A DNA stretch of 64,000 bases from Flavobacteriales bacterium (GTDB taxonomy: Bacteria > Bacteroidota > Bacteroidia > Flavobacteriales > BACL11). Position 1 is the first letter of the stretch, and every line of letters starts with the position of its first letter. Where the stretch lies: positions 13,644 to 77,643 of the forward strand of contig PAUF01000007.1 in assembly GCA_002712715.1 (NCBI GenBank), in the 5' to 3' direction. Below are positions 49,353 through 59,181 of this stretch, piece by piece. Both the position numbers and the translations under genes were made by a program. A model generated the notes under the pieces. The model did not search any database, was not told the origin of the DNA, and worked only from the letters and a program-made list of their open reading frames with translations.

Positions 49353-50390
49353 CTATCTTAAACGAATTTTCTTATGCCGATAATAACGCTTTTGATTTTG
49401 CTTTCCTTTTCTTAATTTCTTTTTTTCTGATTCCGGTAAATTATTTATTGTCATACATTCAATTGAACAACAATTCTGATGAGATTTTCTACAATTATCA
49501 CACTGTATAAATAGCAAATTACAATTTACATTTTCACAATTTACATGTTGATCGCATTCAGATCCGCATTGATGGCATTTGCTAATGACATCTTCTGAAA
49601 CTCTCTCGCTTCTACGTTCATCAAAAACAAAATTTTTTCCTATAAACTTGTTCTCCAAAGAATCATCTTTTTTTAATTGATTAACATAATCTATTATTCC
49701 CCCATGTAACTGATTAACGTTCTTAAATCCATGATGGTTTAAATACGCGGAAGCTTTTTCACATCTAATGCCTCCGGTACAGTACAATAGAATTTCTTTG
49801 GATTCCTTTCCGTGCAAAATATCTTTTACTATTGGCAATTCTTCTTTGAAGGTTTCTGTTTGTGGACAAATCGCCCCAACAAACTTGCCAATTTCACTTT
49901 CATAATGATTTCTCATATCTACTAAAATAGCGCCGCGATCTATCGCTTCATTCCACTGTTTTGCATTTAAATGATCACCAACTTTTGAAAAGTCATAATC
50001 TCTAATACTCAGCCCATCTTCAACAATTTTTTCCTTGATTTTTATAGTTAACTTGAAAAAAGAAAGATAGTTATTATCTACTGCTATTTTAAATGGTACA
50101 TCTTTCAAAAAAGAATATGAGTTAATACGCTGCCTGAATTTTTCTAAATTAAAATCTGGTATACTCAGCTGAGCATTTATCCCTTCTTGAGCAATATATA
50201 TTCTTCCTAATATCTGCAAATCGAGCCACTCTGAATAAAGTTGATCACGTAAACTCGGCAACGAATCAATTAAAACATACTTATAAAAAGAAATTGTTGT
50301 CCTATTAAAATCCTCTTTTCTTAGAGCCTCAAGACATTGCTTCTTGCTTAGCTTATTGAACATGTTTTTCTTCCCAGAATTTGGATCCAT
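49353..50390 (-). CDS. trhO: rhodanese-domain tRNA uridine(34) hydroxylase-like protein (UPF0176/TrhO family) with a Cys-rich, basic C-terminal extension
   Basis: Motifs TTISFYKY and the rhodanese loop LYCTGGIRCEKA. The start is set at MDPNS (50390): a TATATTTG box at 50408..50415 lies just upstream, and the longer track start (50504) would overlap the divergent tdh gene. Confidence 0.8.
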   Translation of the reverse strand: MDPNSGKKNMFNKLSKKQCLEALRKEDFNRTTISFYKYVLIDSLPSLRDQLYSEWLDLQILGRIYIAQEGINAQLSIPDFNLEKFRQRINSYSFLKDVPFKIAVDNNYLSFFKLTIKIKEKIVEDGLSIRDYDFSKVGDHLNAKQWNEAIDRGAILVDMRNHYESEIGKFVGAICPQTETFKEELPIVKDILHGKESKEILLYCTGGIRCEKASAYLNHHGFKNVNQLHGGIIDYVNQLKKDDSLENKFIGKNFVFDERRSERVSEDVISKCHQCGSECDQHVNCENVNCNLLFIQCDNCRKSHQNCCSIECMTINNLPESEKKKLRKGKQNQKRYYRHKKIRLR

Positions 50391-50465
50391 TAGTATTAAA
50401 TTTAATACAAATATATAAAAGAACGCATCTACATTGATAATGCATAAAAATTTTATCTTTTGCAG

Positions 50466-50473
50466 TATATTTG
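50466..50473 (+). promoter_or_regulatory. candidate -7 box TATATTTG for tdh
   Basis: Matches TAnnTTTG, 17 nt upstream of the ATG at 50491 (MEGNILVIG). This argues against the track start at 50434. Confidence 0.3.
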
Positions 50474-50490
50474 TAAAAATAAAATTTGTA

Positions 50491-51459
50491 ATGGAAGGAA
50501 ACATTTTAGTAATTGGATCTTCAGGTCAAATTGGTTCAGAACTAGTTATGGAACTAAGAAAATCATATGGCAATAATAAAGTTATTGCTTCTGATATTAC
50601 AAACTCTTCTTATGAAATCATGAATAGTGGGCCTTTTGTAATTCTTGATGTTTTAAACAAAAAAGATTTATATACTATTGTTAAAAATTATCAAGTTTCT
50701 GAGATATACTTATTAGCCGCTATTCTATCTGCGAATGCTGAAAAGAATATAAAATATGGTTGGGAACTTAATATGAATTCTTACTTTAATATATTAGAGC
50801 TAGCAAAAGAAAGAATAATTAAGAAAGTTTTTTGGCCCTCTTCTATAGCTGTTTTTGGGCCAAATTCACCCAAAAAAAATACTGGACAATATGCTATTAT
50901 GAACCCAACCACTGTTTATGGAATTAGCAAGTTAGCTGGAGAAAATTGGAATGAGTATTACTATAGAAAATTTAAAGTGGATATTAGATCAATTCGATAT
51001 CCTGGTTTGATTGGATGGAAATCCAAGGCTGGTGGAGGAACTACAGATTATGCGGTAGATATTTTTCATCAAGCCTTTACCTCAGAAAAATTCAACTGTT
51101 TTTTGAGTCATAACACAGAAATCCCTATGATGTATATGAAAGATGCTATACGCGCCACTCTAGAATTAATGAGCGCTAATTATAACGACATTAATATACG
51201 GTCTTCATACAATATATCTGGTTTTAGTTTTTGTCCAAATGACATATACTCTGAAATAAAAAAATATTTCCCTAAATTTGAAATATGTTATGCCCCAGAT
51301 TTCAGAGATGATATTGCTAAAACCTGGCCCGACACAATTGATGATAGTGAAGCTAAATTAGACTGGAAATGGAAGACTGAATATGGATTAAAAGAAACTG
51401 TAAAAGAAATTATTTGTAATTTAAAGCCTATTTATAAAACCATAGATAATGAAAAATGA
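50491..51459 (+). CDS. tdh: L-threonine 3-dehydrogenase, extended-SDR (NAD-dependent epimerase-like) type
   Basis: N-terminus ILVIGSSGQIGSELVMELRKSYGNNKVIASDI and YGISK catalytic Tyr-x-x-x-Lys, as in SDR-type threonine dehydrogenases. Confidence 0.75.
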   Translation: MEGNILVIGSSGQIGSELVMELRKSYGNNKVIASDITNSSYEIMNSGPFVILDVLNKKDLYTIVKNYQVSEIYLLAAILSANAEKNIKYGWELNMNSYFNILELAKERIIKKVFWPSSIAVFGPNSPKKNTGQYAIMNPTTVYGISKLAGENWNEYYYRKFKVDIRSIRYPGLIGWKSKAGGGTTDYAVDIFHQAFTSEKFNCFLSHNTEIPMMYMKDAIRATLELMSANYNDINIRSSYNISGFSFCPNDIYSEIKKYFPKFEICYAPDFRDDIAKTWPDTIDDSEAKLDWKWKTEYGLKETVKEIICNLKPIYKTIDNEK

Positions 51460-52915
51460 AATTTTCATATACAATACCTTAAGTAAAGACAAAGAAAAAT
51501 TCACTCCTATCACTTCTCGTCATGTAGGATTATATGTGTGTGGTCCCACAGTATATGGTGATCCACACTTAGGTCATGCTAGGCCCGCAATTACTTTTGA
51601 TGTAATAACCCGATATTTTAAACATAATGATTATAAAGTACGATATGTTCGCAATATAACTGATGTTGGACACCTTGAAAATGATTCAGATGACGGAATT
51701 GATAAAATAGAAAAAAAAGCTCAAAGCGAGAAGCTTGAGCCAATGGAGGTTGCCCACTTCTATACCGATAAATATCATGTTTGTCTGAAAAAACTAAACT
51801 GCTTATCTCCTTCAATTGAACCAAGAGCAAGTGGTCATATTATAGAACAAATAGAAATGATTCAGCGAATTATCAGCAATGGATTCGCGTATATAACAAA
51901 TGGCTCAGTATATATGGATGTTATAAAATATGGTCAGAAGTATAATTACGGTATTCTTTCAGGCAGAAAGGTCGAGGATAATATTACAAATACTAGAGAA
52001 CTAAATTCACAAAGTGAAAAAAAACATCCAGCTGATTTTGCTCTTTGGAAAAAGGCTTCTAATCGTCACATAATGAAATGGAACTCTCCATGGAGTCAGG
52101 GGTTTCCTGGTTGGCATATAGAGTGCTCCGTAATGAGTAAAAAGTATTTGGGAAATCATTTTGACATACATGGTGGAGGTCTTGACTTAATTTTTCCACA
52201 TCATGAAGCTGAAATTTGTCAAAGTTTTGCTGCTGACTTATGTCCTCCAGCTAATTACTGGGTGCATAATAATCTGATTACAATAGAGGGACAAAAAATG
52301 GGGAAATCACTTAACAACTTTATAAATCTAGAGGAATTCTTCACTGGAAAACATGCCAAACTTAAACAGGCATTTAGCCCAATGACAATTAGATTCTTTA
52401 TATTACAAGCTCACTATAGAAGCACAATTGACTTTAGCAATAAAGCTCTTCAGGCTGCAGAAAAAGGGTATCAAAAGTTAATGAATGCGTTGATAAATTT
52501 GAAAAAACTAAAGCCCAGTAAAAATTCTAATTATGATATAATTAACTTAGAAGAGAAATGTTATAAAGCAATGAATGATGATTTTAATACTCCGATTTTA
52601 ATATCCCATCTGTTTGATGGAGTTAAGATTGTTAATTCTTGTATTAATGGAGATGTTGAACTTACTAAGAAAGATATAAGTAAACTTTCATCTATATTAA
52701 ATAATTTCGCGATTGAAATTTTAGGGTTTTTACCAGTAGTTGACTCACACAACAATCTAACAAAAGAACTAATTAATTTAATTGCTGAATTCCGAAATGA
52801 ATCAAAGAAAAATAAAGACTTTAAAACCTCCGACTATCTTAGAGATGAACTTTTAAAATTAGGCGTTGAAATTAAAGACAGTAAAAATACAACCGAATGG
52901 GAAATTAAGAGCTAA
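51449..52915 (+). CDS. cysS: cysteine--tRNA ligase
   Basis: 488 aa. HIGH-type motif HLGHAR and KMSKS-type motif KMGKS. Confidence 0.95.
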   Translation: MKNEIFIYNTLSKDKEKFTPITSRHVGLYVCGPTVYGDPHLGHARPAITFDVITRYFKHNDYKVRYVRNITDVGHLENDSDDGIDKIEKKAQSEKLEPMEVAHFYTDKYHVCLKKLNCLSPSIEPRASGHIIEQIEMIQRIISNGFAYITNGSVYMDVIKYGQKYNYGILSGRKVEDNITNTRELNSQSEKKHPADFALWKKASNRHIMKWNSPWSQGFPGWHIECSVMSKKYLGNHFDIHGGGLDLIFPHHEAEICQSFAADLCPPANYWVHNNLITIEGQKMGKSLNNFINLEEFFTGKHAKLKQAFSPMTIRFFILQAHYRSTIDFSNKALQAAEKGYQKLMNALINLKKLKPSKNSNYDIINLEEKCYKAMNDDFNTPILISHLFDGVKIVNSCINGDVELTKKDISKLSSILNNFAIEILGFLPVVDSHNNLTKELINLIAEFRNESKKNKDFKTSDYLRDELLKLGVEIKDSKNTTEWEIKS

Positions 52916-53931
52916 TGAGGAAAATAATCTTATTTATTCTATTAATCAATATTACTTATATATTCTTTTCTTGTGGGCAAGAGAGCAATAAAAAACCACC
53001 AAAAAACACTGTCTCTCCTAATGGTCTACAAGAAGATCTCAGTAAAAATCAGATACCTAAGTTTAATTCTGATAGTGCATTTAAATATATAGAAACACAG
53101 GTAGAGTTTGGGCCTAGATATATTAGTAGTAAAGGCTGGAATAAATGTGAAAAATGGATTACTAAAAAATTATCCCGATATGCTGATGAGGTATACGTGC
53201 AAAAATCTCCTGTGACTACTTATGATGGCAAGCGTCATGAAATGAGAAATATAATCGCTTCATTTAGAAAAGAAAAGTCAAATAGAATTGCTTTGTTCGC
53301 TCACTGGGATACAAGACATGTTGCAGATCATGATTCAATAAATCAAAAAAAACCTATACTTGGAGCAAATGATGGAGGAAGTGGCGTTGGAGTCCTAATA
53401 GAACTGGCTAGACTTCTCAATGAACATCCTCCTCATTACGGTGTAGATATCATTTTGTTTGACGCCGAAGACTATGGGCAGCCTCAAAATAGTGACTTTC
53501 CTATTATGGAAGACTCATATTGTCTAGGGTCTCAATACTGGTCAAAGAATTTATATCCGAAAAACTATCAAAGCCAAGTTAAATTTGGAGTTTTATTAGA
53601 TATGGTTGGTGGAAAAAATGCAACTTTTTACAAAGAACAGGTTTCACTAAATTACGCGTCGGGAATTACACATAAAATATGGAAAAAAGCCAATGGTTTA
53701 GGGTTTGGAAATTATTTTATTAATGAAACTGGAGCAAGTGTTATTGATGATCACTTATATGTTAACATGATAGCTAAAATTCCTACAATTAATATTATAG
53801 AATTTGATCCATACACAAAACAACATTTTAATAAGCATTGGCATACACATAATGACAACATGGATAATATTGATAAATCTACTCTCAATGCTGTTGGAAC
53901 AACTTTACTACATATAATTTATGAAGAATGA
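52915..53931 (+). CDS. M28-family peptidase / glutaminyl-cyclase-like protein
   Basis: 338 aa with lipoprotein-like signal FFSC. Metal-site motifs HWDTRHVADHD, GANDGGSGVGVLIELAR and DAEDYG. Confidence 0.75.
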   Translation: MRKIILFILLINITYIFFSCGQESNKKPPKNTVSPNGLQEDLSKNQIPKFNSDSAFKYIETQVEFGPRYISSKGWNKCEKWITKKLSRYADEVYVQKSPVTTYDGKRHEMRNIIASFRKEKSNRIALFAHWDTRHVADHDSINQKKPILGANDGGSGVGVLIELARLLNEHPPHYGVDIILFDAEDYGQPQNSDFPIMEDSYCLGSQYWSKNLYPKNYQSQVKFGVLLDMVGGKNATFYKEQVSLNYASGITHKIWKKANGLGFGNYFINETGASVIDDHLYVNMIAKIPTINIIEFDPYTKQHFNKHWHTHNDNMDNIDKSTLNAVGTTLLHIIYEE

Positions 53932-54709
53932 ATTAGAAATTTCAGTAATCCAATCAAACATTACCTGCAAAAACAAATCTGCGAACCTTAAAAATTTTGA
54001 CATACAAATATCCAACATCAAGTCTTCTGATATTATTCTTCTGCCTGAAATGTTTAATACCGGATTTTATCCGAAAGATAAAACATTATCTGAAAAAATG
54101 GATGGGGAAACTGTTACATGGATGTTGCAAACCTCTATTAAAAATAAATGTTCCATTGCTGGCACACTTATGATCTCTGAAGGGCGAAAAATTTATAATA
54201 GATTGGTATGGGTCAATAATAAACAAAAAGTTTTTTTCTATGACAAAGTACATTTGTTTTCAATGGCAAAAGAAGATAAGTATATTAATAAAGGTAATAA
54301 ACGGCTAATTATAGATGACTATGGCTGGAAAATATGTCCTTTGATATGCTATGATATTAGGTTTCCTGTATTTAGCCGAAATAATGTGAATTATGATGTT
54401 TTAATTTATTTAGCTAATTGGCCTATAGCAAGAATTGAGGCTTGGGATATATTGTTAAAAGCAAGGTCCATAGAAAATCAATGTTTTACTATTGGAGTAA
54501 ATAGGATAGGAACTGATAATAATCAAGTAAAATATAATGGATGTTCAGCTGCTTATAATTATTCAGGGAAAAAAATATTATCCACTAAAAAAAATACAAG
54601 CTGCGTTAGTAGTGTTAAAATATATAAATCTGAAATTGAAACTTATAGAAAAAAAATGAATTTCTTAAACGATATGGAAGACTATAGATTAACTAGCGTC
54701 CGTGGATAG
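53921..54709 (+). CDS. carbon-nitrogen hydrolase family amidohydrolase (omega-amidase YafV-like)
   Basis: 262 aa. The nitrilase-superfamily catalytic Cys is in ICYDIRFP, with the Glu in LPEMFNTG. Confidence 0.8.
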   Translation: MKNELEISVIQSNITCKNKSANLKNFDIQISNIKSSDIILLPEMFNTGFYPKDKTLSEKMDGETVTWMLQTSIKNKCSIAGTLMISEGRKIYNRLVWVNNKQKVFFYDKVHLFSMAKEDKYINKGNKRLIIDDYGWKICPLICYDIRFPVFSRNNVNYDVLIYLANWPIARIEAWDILLKARSIENQCFTIGVNRIGTDNNQVKYNGCSAAYNYSGKKILSTKKNTSCVSSVKIYKSEIETYRKKMNFLNDMEDYRLTSVRG

Positions 54710-55729
54710 CTTAGTATCCCAATTTGATTTAATTTTTATCTTTTTCCTATATAAAATAATTTCTTCTGGTTGCTTTCTTTTATTAAAAGATCCTGTATCC
54801 CATAAAAAGTTATGGTTTTCATCAATAAAAACTTGTATATCATAAAGTCCAGGCAATAGTTTAACAGTGTTTATTTTTCCATTTATATAGTTGTGTTTTG
54901 AAACTAATTTATTGTCATTTATTATTTTCACTACAGCGTTTTCTATATTGCCAACGTCTAATAATAAGGCTCCTAATTCTGACAACGTATCAGTTAAATC
55001 ACAAATTATAGAGTCATCAACAAAATTGGGATGAAAAGATTTGATCAATATTGTAGAATCTCTGGAGAAGTTAATAACTTCTTCACGAAATCCAATCTTA
55101 TCTTCTGGGTCTATCATATAATTATTACCTGATAACGTAACTACATAATAATCTTTATTAGGCAAAAAGTGGAATGCCGCCTCACCCTTATTATCAGTTC
55201 TTGCAACAAAATCTGGACTTGGATAATTAGTAAAATCAACTTTATTATGCTCGTAAAGTAACACCCAATGACCTTCACAATCTTCTTGATTAAATGCATT
55301 GACAACTTTAAATTTGATATCACACAAATCTAGTTTGCTTATTTTCAATGTGTCTTGATTTAAATATATTGACAAGCTATCCAAAACATTGCCTTCAAGA
55401 TGATCTTTAAGTCCGCTTCCAAAATTTAATTTATATACTAAATCTTTATTTAGTATTTCATTAATTTTTAAAAACAAAGTATTGTTCTTTATCCTGTATT
55501 CATAATTTATTATTGGCGGTGAAGTAAAGAAATGTTCTTTGAAATTGTTTTCTAAAATTATTTCATCAAATGTGCATATAATTTGGGTAATGGAGTCCTT
55601 GATTTCTTGCTCTACAAAAGTACTTATTAATTGGGGAGGAGAGGTGTCAATAGCTCCACCGTTTGGTGGAATCATGTTTGCGCAACCTAGACAAAATAAG
55701 AAATAAAAAAATATTATGTGATGTTTCAT
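54689..55729 (-). CDS. Ig-like (Big_5-type) domain lipoprotein
   Basis: 346 aa with lipobox LGC, followed by ANMIPPNGGAIDTSPPQLIS. This N-terminal pattern is seen in Bacteroidota Ig-like lipoproteins. Confidence 0.55.
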   Translation of the reverse strand: MKHHIIFFYFLFCLGCANMIPPNGGAIDTSPPQLISTFVEQEIKDSITQIICTFDEIILENNFKEHFFTSPPIINYEYRIKNNTLFLKINEILNKDLVYKLNFGSGLKDHLEGNVLDSLSIYLNQDTLKISKLDLCDIKFKVVNAFNQEDCEGHWVLLYEHNKVDFTNYPSPDFVARTDNKGEAAFHFLPNKDYYVVTLSGNNYMIDPEDKIGFREEVINFSRDSTILIKSFHPNFVDDSIICDLTDTLSELGALLLDVGNIENAVVKIINDNKLVSKHNYINGKINTVKLLPGLYDIQVFIDENHNFLWDTGSFNKRKQPEEIILYRKKIKIKSNWDTKLSTDAS

Positions 55730-55833
55730 TATTAAAACATGAAATTAATTAAACAACAAATAGGCCAACCTTTTATACTATTATTGTTAAATATTGGAAT
55801 TTACTGAAGATCATTGTCGTTTACTCCTATATT

Positions 55834-57591
55834 TTAAGCCTCACAAGTAGTACATTCTTTGTTCTGTTTAAACTGCTGTGCTGCATTCATGCTATGTTGA
55901 TAATACAGTGATTTGATTCCTAATTCCCACGCCTTAATATACAGTTTGTTAATATCTTTTACGGACATGTTAGGGTGAATCATCAAATTTAGAGATTGCC
56001 CTTGATCAATATAATTTTGTCGATTTGCAGCTTGGTAAATTATATCCATTTGATCAATTTCAAAATATGTTTTGAAAACATTTTTTTCTTCTTGAGATAA
56101 AAAATCTAAATGCTGTACTGAACCATCTCTATCTCGAATGCTATTCCACACTTCCTTGGTATTCCTTTTCTTTTGTTCTAACAATTTAAGCAAGTAAGTA
56201 TTCTTAATTGTTGTTTTTGTTTTAGCAATATCTTTAACATAAATATTAGACCAGATTGGTTCTATTCCTTGTGAAACCTGCCCAAGAATAAATGCTGAAG
56301 AAGTTGTAGGAGCAACAGCGTTCAATGTTGCGTTTCTTCTGCCAGCTCCTTTTAAAATTTTAGGCTCACCAAACTTCTCTGCTAGAAATTTTGAAGCCGC
56401 ATAGGATTTGTTTTTTATGAACTTGAAAATTTCTGTGTTTAAATAATACGCTTCTTGGCTATTGAAAGACAGCATTTTAGACTGTAGTAATGAATGCCAA
56501 CCCAAAACTCCAAGACCAAGAGCTCTATGTTCTTTAGCAAAATTATAAGCCCTCTCCATAAATAAAAATGTTTGCTTGTCATCAAGGTCTTGTGACTTCT
56601 TATACAATTCTAGTTTTTCTACAAATTCTGTAATTACAGCGTCTAAAAAATAAATCATTGTTTCTACAGCATCTGTATTTTTCCATTTTTCATAATGGAG
56701 TACATTTATTGAAGACAGACAGCATACAAAAGACCACTTATCGTTTGTTGGAAGCATAATCTCAGTACAAAGATTGCTTGCGTTAATTCCATATTTATTT
56801 TTTTTATATACATCTGGGGATCCATTATCAGCATTGTCTTTAAAAAAGATATATGGATATCCTATCTCACCTCTTCTTTGTAGCACTTTTGCCCAAATAT
56901 TACGTTTGTCCATATCTCCCGCAATCATTTCCTTCATCCAGTTATTTGTTACTGAAACTCCATGAGTTAATTCTTGAATTGGATTTCCTTCTGTTCCGAT
57001 GTCTAGAAATTCCGAAATATCTTTATGTTCTATTGGTAGGTATGGAGAAAATCTTCCTCTACGTACAGACCCTTGACTTACAACATCTACCATTGTTTCA
57101 AATAATTTCATTATATGTACAGCGCCAGAAGCTTCTCCATTATTTTTGACACTAGCTCCTCTGTGTCTAATGTGCCCAAAATATCCTGACGTTCCTCCAC
57201 CTAGTTTAGACATCATTCCAACCTCTGATTGGGTATATAAAATATTGCCCATGTCATCAGAAATATTAGAGCCAAAACAACTAATAGGGAGCCCTCTTTT
57301 TTTTCCAAAATTTGACCATACAGGCGAGGACAAAGAGAAAAATCCAAGACTCATATATTTAAAAAATTTGTTACTATATCCTTTGATTCCCAAGATTTCT
57401 TCTGCCCTATTTGCAATTTCTCTTATTCTTTTTTCCGGTGTCCCTCCCTCAGGAATGTAACCCGCGGCTAAAAAATTTCTACTGTGCTCAGTTAACCAAC
57501 TAAATTCACCAGGATTTGATTTACTATTCTCTTTAAAATTATCTTTTTTTAATAATGTTTCCTTATTTATATATTTATCTGTTTTTTCCAT
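55834..57591 (-). CDS. nrdA: class I ribonucleotide reductase large subunit, short form without an ATP-cone
   Basis: 585 aa with active-site SNLCTEI and C-terminal redox pair CTTCEA. No ATP-cone motif at the N-terminus. Confidence 0.9.
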   Translation of the reverse strand: MEKTDKYINKETLLKKDNFKENSKSNPGEFSWLTEHSRNFLAAGYIPEGGTPEKRIREIANRAEEILGIKGYSNKFFKYMSLGFFSLSSPVWSNFGKKRGLPISCFGSNISDDMGNILYTQSEVGMMSKLGGGTSGYFGHIRHRGASVKNNGEASGAVHIMKLFETMVDVVSQGSVRRGRFSPYLPIEHKDISEFLDIGTEGNPIQELTHGVSVTNNWMKEMIAGDMDKRNIWAKVLQRRGEIGYPYIFFKDNADNGSPDVYKKNKYGINASNLCTEIMLPTNDKWSFVCCLSSINVLHYEKWKNTDAVETMIYFLDAVITEFVEKLELYKKSQDLDDKQTFLFMERAYNFAKEHRALGLGVLGWHSLLQSKMLSFNSQEAYYLNTEIFKFIKNKSYAASKFLAEKFGEPKILKGAGRRNATLNAVAPTTSSAFILGQVSQGIEPIWSNIYVKDIAKTKTTIKNTYLLKLLEQKKRNTKEVWNSIRDRDGSVQHLDFLSQEEKNVFKTYFEIDQMDIIYQAANRQNYIDQGQSLNLMIHPNMSVKDINKLYIKAWELGIKSLYYQHSMNAAQQFKQNKECTTCEA

Positions 57592-57595
57592 ATCA

Positions 57596-58870
57596 TTAAA
57601 ATAAATCTTGTGCGGTTATACTTTGCGTTCTTTTACTATAATTAATAGACCTTTTTACAAAAAAGTCTCCGTGCTTTGTTCCAATTATTTCATCGTTAAA
57701 CCATTCTGTTTCACTAAGTAAAGAATCATCAGTTTTAAACACCTCACTAACGCCTATACTTTCTAAGGATCGGTTGAAACGATCTTTTATGAATTCTTTA
57801 ACTTGTTTTTTAGGTAAAAAATCTAATTCTCCTTTTTCGAATATCCAATCTATAAGCGCGCTTTCCGCCCCATAAGCGTCAATACACATAGTTTGTATTC
57901 TGTTATCATATGCGGCATCAAACCACTCTGGGTTTTCTTTTTTAATAATTTTTATCAAGTCTATGCCAAAATCTCCGTGAATTTGCTCTTCTTTTGAAGT
58001 TGCCTCTACTACATTGGAGATGCCTTTTAACATATTCTTATGCTTATTAAATGCCATAATGATCAAAAATTGCGAAAATAATGAGACATGTTCTATAAAT
58101 AATGAGAATAACAAAACTGATTCTGAATAATCCCTATTACTTTCACTTTTAGCGCTACCTAGCGAGGCGTCCAAGTACCTAACCCTTTTCATTATAACTG
58201 GATTTTTCTTCAATTCTTTAAATTCATTATTAAGTCCCAAAATCTCTAATAAATGAGAGTACGCGTCAGTATGTCTCACCTCGCTTTCTGCAAATGTAGC
58301 TCCCACCGCTCCCACTTCCGGTTTTGGTATTTTATGATAAATATCTCCCCAAAAACTTTTAACCGCTACCTCAATTTGAGAAATTGCCAACATAGCATTT
58401 TTAATCGCACTTTTTTCTATATCTGAGAGGTGTGTTTTAAAATCCTGTATATCGCTTGTGAAATTAAACTCCGAGTGGATCCAGTATGAGTGTCTAATTG
58501 CTGGCACATAATCAAATAATTCTGGATATTCGAAGGGCTTTAAAGCTACTCTTTTTTCAAATATATTTCTTTCTCTCTTTTTTGTTTGTGTATTTCTATA
58601 AAGAATATAAGATTTAGCAACATTTAAAAACTCACTTTTCATAAGAGTCTGCTCTACTAAATCTTGTATTTCTTCTACATTTGGAACATAGTAGGGTATT
58701 TCCTTCTTTCTTTTTAATAATTCAACATTGACTTGTTCTGAAATTTTTTCAGCATCTTCTTCACCTCCTTCATTCGCAGATTTCATTGCCTTTAATACCG
58801 CCTCAGTAATTTTTTCAATTTTAAATGGTTTTTTGGAGTGGTTTCTTTTAAAAATTTCTTCAATGTTCAT
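57596..58870 (-). CDS. nrdB: class I ribonucleotide reductase small subunit with an N-terminal ATP-cone
   Basis: 424 aa. Residues ~1-95 (IFKRNHSKKPFKIEKITEAVLKA...AKSYILYR) read as an ATP-cone. The ferritin-like core has metal ligands in ESEVRHTDAYS and EEQIHGDF. Confidence 0.9.
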   Translation of the reverse strand: MNIEEIFKRNHSKKPFKIEKITEAVLKAMKSANEGGEEDAEKISEQVNVELLKRKKEIPYYVPNVEEIQDLVEQTLMKSEFLNVAKSYILYRNTQTKKRERNIFEKRVALKPFEYPELFDYVPAIRHSYWIHSEFNFTSDIQDFKTHLSDIEKSAIKNAMLAISQIEVAVKSFWGDIYHKIPKPEVGAVGATFAESEVRHTDAYSHLLEILGLNNEFKELKKNPVIMKRVRYLDASLGSAKSESNRDYSESVLLFSLFIEHVSLFSQFLIIMAFNKHKNMLKGISNVVEATSKEEQIHGDFGIDLIKIIKKENPEWFDAAYDNRIQTMCIDAYGAESALIDWIFEKGELDFLPKKQVKEFIKDRFNRSLESIGVSEVFKTDDSLLSETEWFNDEIIGTKHGDFFVKRSINYSKRTQSITAQDLF

Positions 58871-59181
58871 AGTATAAATCTTTTTAGTATAAACAAATAC
58901 AATGCAACAAACTTTATTATTACGCTTGTATTTTTTATTTGCTTGTTAAACAACTGGCTAACAGTTAAAGAATTTTTCTCTAACTTTAGTGACTACAATT
59001 TTAAAAATATTATGACTCATTTTACGCTAATTGGAAGTCAATTACTAACATTTTTTTTAACAAAATTTGTGCTGAAAAAACACTCTAGATTGCAGTATTG
59101 TTTTTAAAATTTTAATGCGTTGAAATTCAATAAAATGAAGGTATTTATTGATAGTTGTTTAATCAAAAAATTAGTTAGTTT

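Noticed and set aside
56774-57460. Three plus-strand ORFs (63, 98 and 104 aa) inside nrdA
   Set aside because: They lie entirely within a strongly supported minus-strand gene and have no motifs. The same reasoning applies to the other antisense track ORFs: 193..447, 3841..4056, 4483..4677, 8156..8347, 11641..11844, 12166..12540, 13963..14310, 16167..16367, 18484..18872, 21713..22122, 22587..22823, 23106..23606, 24345..24689, 28205..28408, 28680..29480, 30092..30448, 32735..32932, 33689..33967, 38463..38660, 39325..39513, 41888..43382, 47083..47268, 49155..49361, 51618..51830, 52561..52755, 55141..55323, 62528..62860.
58838-59107. 89-aa plus-strand ORF in the nrdB-purQ spacer
   Set aside because: Its start overlaps the nrdB start region. 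The composition is what AT-rich non-coding DNA yields (F/N/K/I/L-rich), with no motif and no promoter-like box in front. I treat it as non-coding leader.
58871-59181. A cobalamin or other known riboswitch upstream of the RNR operon
   Set aside because: The interval is uniformly AT-rich. I could not find a B12-box-like GC-rich core or any extended conserved-looking helices, only short AT stems that are expected by chance.
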